From an uncultured Spirochaetota bacterium (GTDB lineage Bacteria; Spirochaetota; UBA4802; UBA5550): DNA of 64,000 nucleotides. The stretch covers positions 3,028,702 to 3,092,701 of the forward strand of contig OW818666.1 of assembly GCA_942493035.1 (NCBI GenBank). Reading direction: 5' to 3'. Each line of letters opens with the position of its first letter. Position 1 is the first letter of the stretch. The notes under the pieces were generated by a model. It was not told the DNA's origin and searched no databases. It saw nothing but the letters and a program-made list of their open reading frames with translations. This document shows, piece by piece, positions 63,004 through 64,000 of this stretch. Position numbers and translations under genes: made by a program.

Positions 63004-64000
63004 CTACAACCACGAAAAATCTGCCTCCGGAAATCCGGAAGAGTCTATTTCACTGAAAGAGTACATAAATCCCTTCAGTATATTCTTAACATTCAGATTG
63101 TGACCAAGCCCTTTCTTTAAAGCAAGCAGTATTCTTACAATTTTAACAGCATCCCCCTGAGAAACCGCAATCTCTTCAGGTATATAACCTGTTTTACCGT
63201 CAAATCCATACCTTACAGTATAACTGTAAATATTTATTAGTACAGTCAATAAAAATTCGCTGTCCGGTACAACCTTTATATCAGTAAATTTAAACATCTC
63301 ATTGTTACCGTTCTTAACAAATCCCGAGATAGTATTGCAGATATTTTTTATTTCATTAAAAAGACTCTCCTCATGAAGTTTAAGGGCAATCTCGGCAGAT
63401 CCCCCGGAAACTGCAGTAAAAAGTTCACTATCGGAGGTTCTTCTCCCCTGTATATCTATAATTTTAAGTATATTCTCGTCATTCAAAGGCTGAAAAGGAA
63501 TCTCTATGCATCTTGAGATGATTGTAGGGAGTATTCCGGTACGGCTCTCGGCAATCAAAAAAATATTCGATTTTGAATACGGTTCCTCAATAGTTTTCAG
63601 GAGGGCATTCTGTCCGGCATCAGAAATCGTATCGACTCCATCAATGATTACCGAGTAGTTACCTGTTGAAGATGCTCTGCAGAGCCTGTCAATGAGCCAC
63701 CTTACCGAGCCCGGCATAAGTTTATCCTTATTACCTACAGGTATTTTCCCCTTCTCATCCCTATCGAGAATTATAAGATCAGGAAAAGTTTTAGCAGAGA
63801 TCTGCCTGCATATATTACACTCACCACATGGAGAGTTAACGGCATTGCACAAAAATGAGCTTAAAAATCTTTCGGCAATCAGTCTTTTACCTATGCCTCT
63901 CTGGCCTGTGAACAAAATTGAATGAGGCATCCCCTCACCGCTCTTCAGCGATGAAAGATATTTCAGCTCCCGTTCATGTCCGATTATTCCATTTAGATTC
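63004..64000 (-). CDS. holB: DNA polymerase III delta-prime subunit. The 5' end is possibly beyond the window: the in-frame reading continues to the window edge.
   Basis: ILFTGQRGIGKRLIAERF (AAA+ Walker A), the CGECNICRQI zinc module and IIDGVD. There is no upstream stop before coordinate 64000, so the true start may be MPHS at 63930 or further upstream. Confidence 0.75.
   Translation of the reverse strand, partial: NLNGIIGHERELKYLSSLKSGEGMPHSILFTGQRGIGKRLIAERFLSSFLCNAVNSPCGECNICRQISAKTFPDLIILDRDEKGKIPVGNKDKLMPGSVRWLIDRLCRASSTGNYSVIIDGVDTISDAGQNALLKTIEEPYSKSNIFLIAESRTGILPTIISRCIEIPFQPLNDENILKIIDIQGRRTSDSELFTAVSGGSAEIALKLHEESLFNEIKNICNTISGFVKNGNNEMFKFTDIKVVPDSEFLLTVLINIYSYTVRYGFDGKTGYIPEEIAVSQGDAVKIVRILLALKKGLGHNLNVKNILKGFMYSFSEIDSSGFPEADFSWL

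Overview
This is a low-GC (~38%) bacterial chromosomal window, probably from a diderm organism, with two distinct halves.

**Signalling island (1-38.2 kb).** The first ~38 kb is a very dense signalling island, almost entirely on the minus strand. It holds nine paralogous PAS-rich HisKA_2-type sensor histidine kinases (H-box EVHHRIKNNMNTI), one classic HisKA membrane kinase, a PAS-GGDEF response regulator, three stand-alone or atypical receiver proteins, and two orphan CheD-like deamidase paralogs. No CheA, CheW, CheR, CheB or MCP gene is present. An IS110/IS1111-family insertion sequence interrupts a GC-rich REP-like repeat in this region. The island is littered with several families of palindromic or foldback elements, and some of these supply the stop codons of the kinase genes.

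**Second half (38.2-64 kb).**
- A secreted/lipoprotein locus: an outer-membrane beta-barrel candidate, two clostripain-like C11 peptidase lipoproteins, a small lipoprotein and a secreted ankyrin-repeat protein.
- An Ile/Val/Leu-rich leader peptide with an attenuator, upstream of an acetolactate synthase large subunit that has no ilvN.
- A GAF-HD-GYP phosphodiesterase.
- Housekeeping genes: icd, rluD, trpS, metG, holB, a YaaT/RicT-like protein and parAB.
- A HepT/MntA toxin-antitoxin pair and an ArsR-CDF metal efflux pair.

No rRNA, tRNA or CRISPR array was seen.
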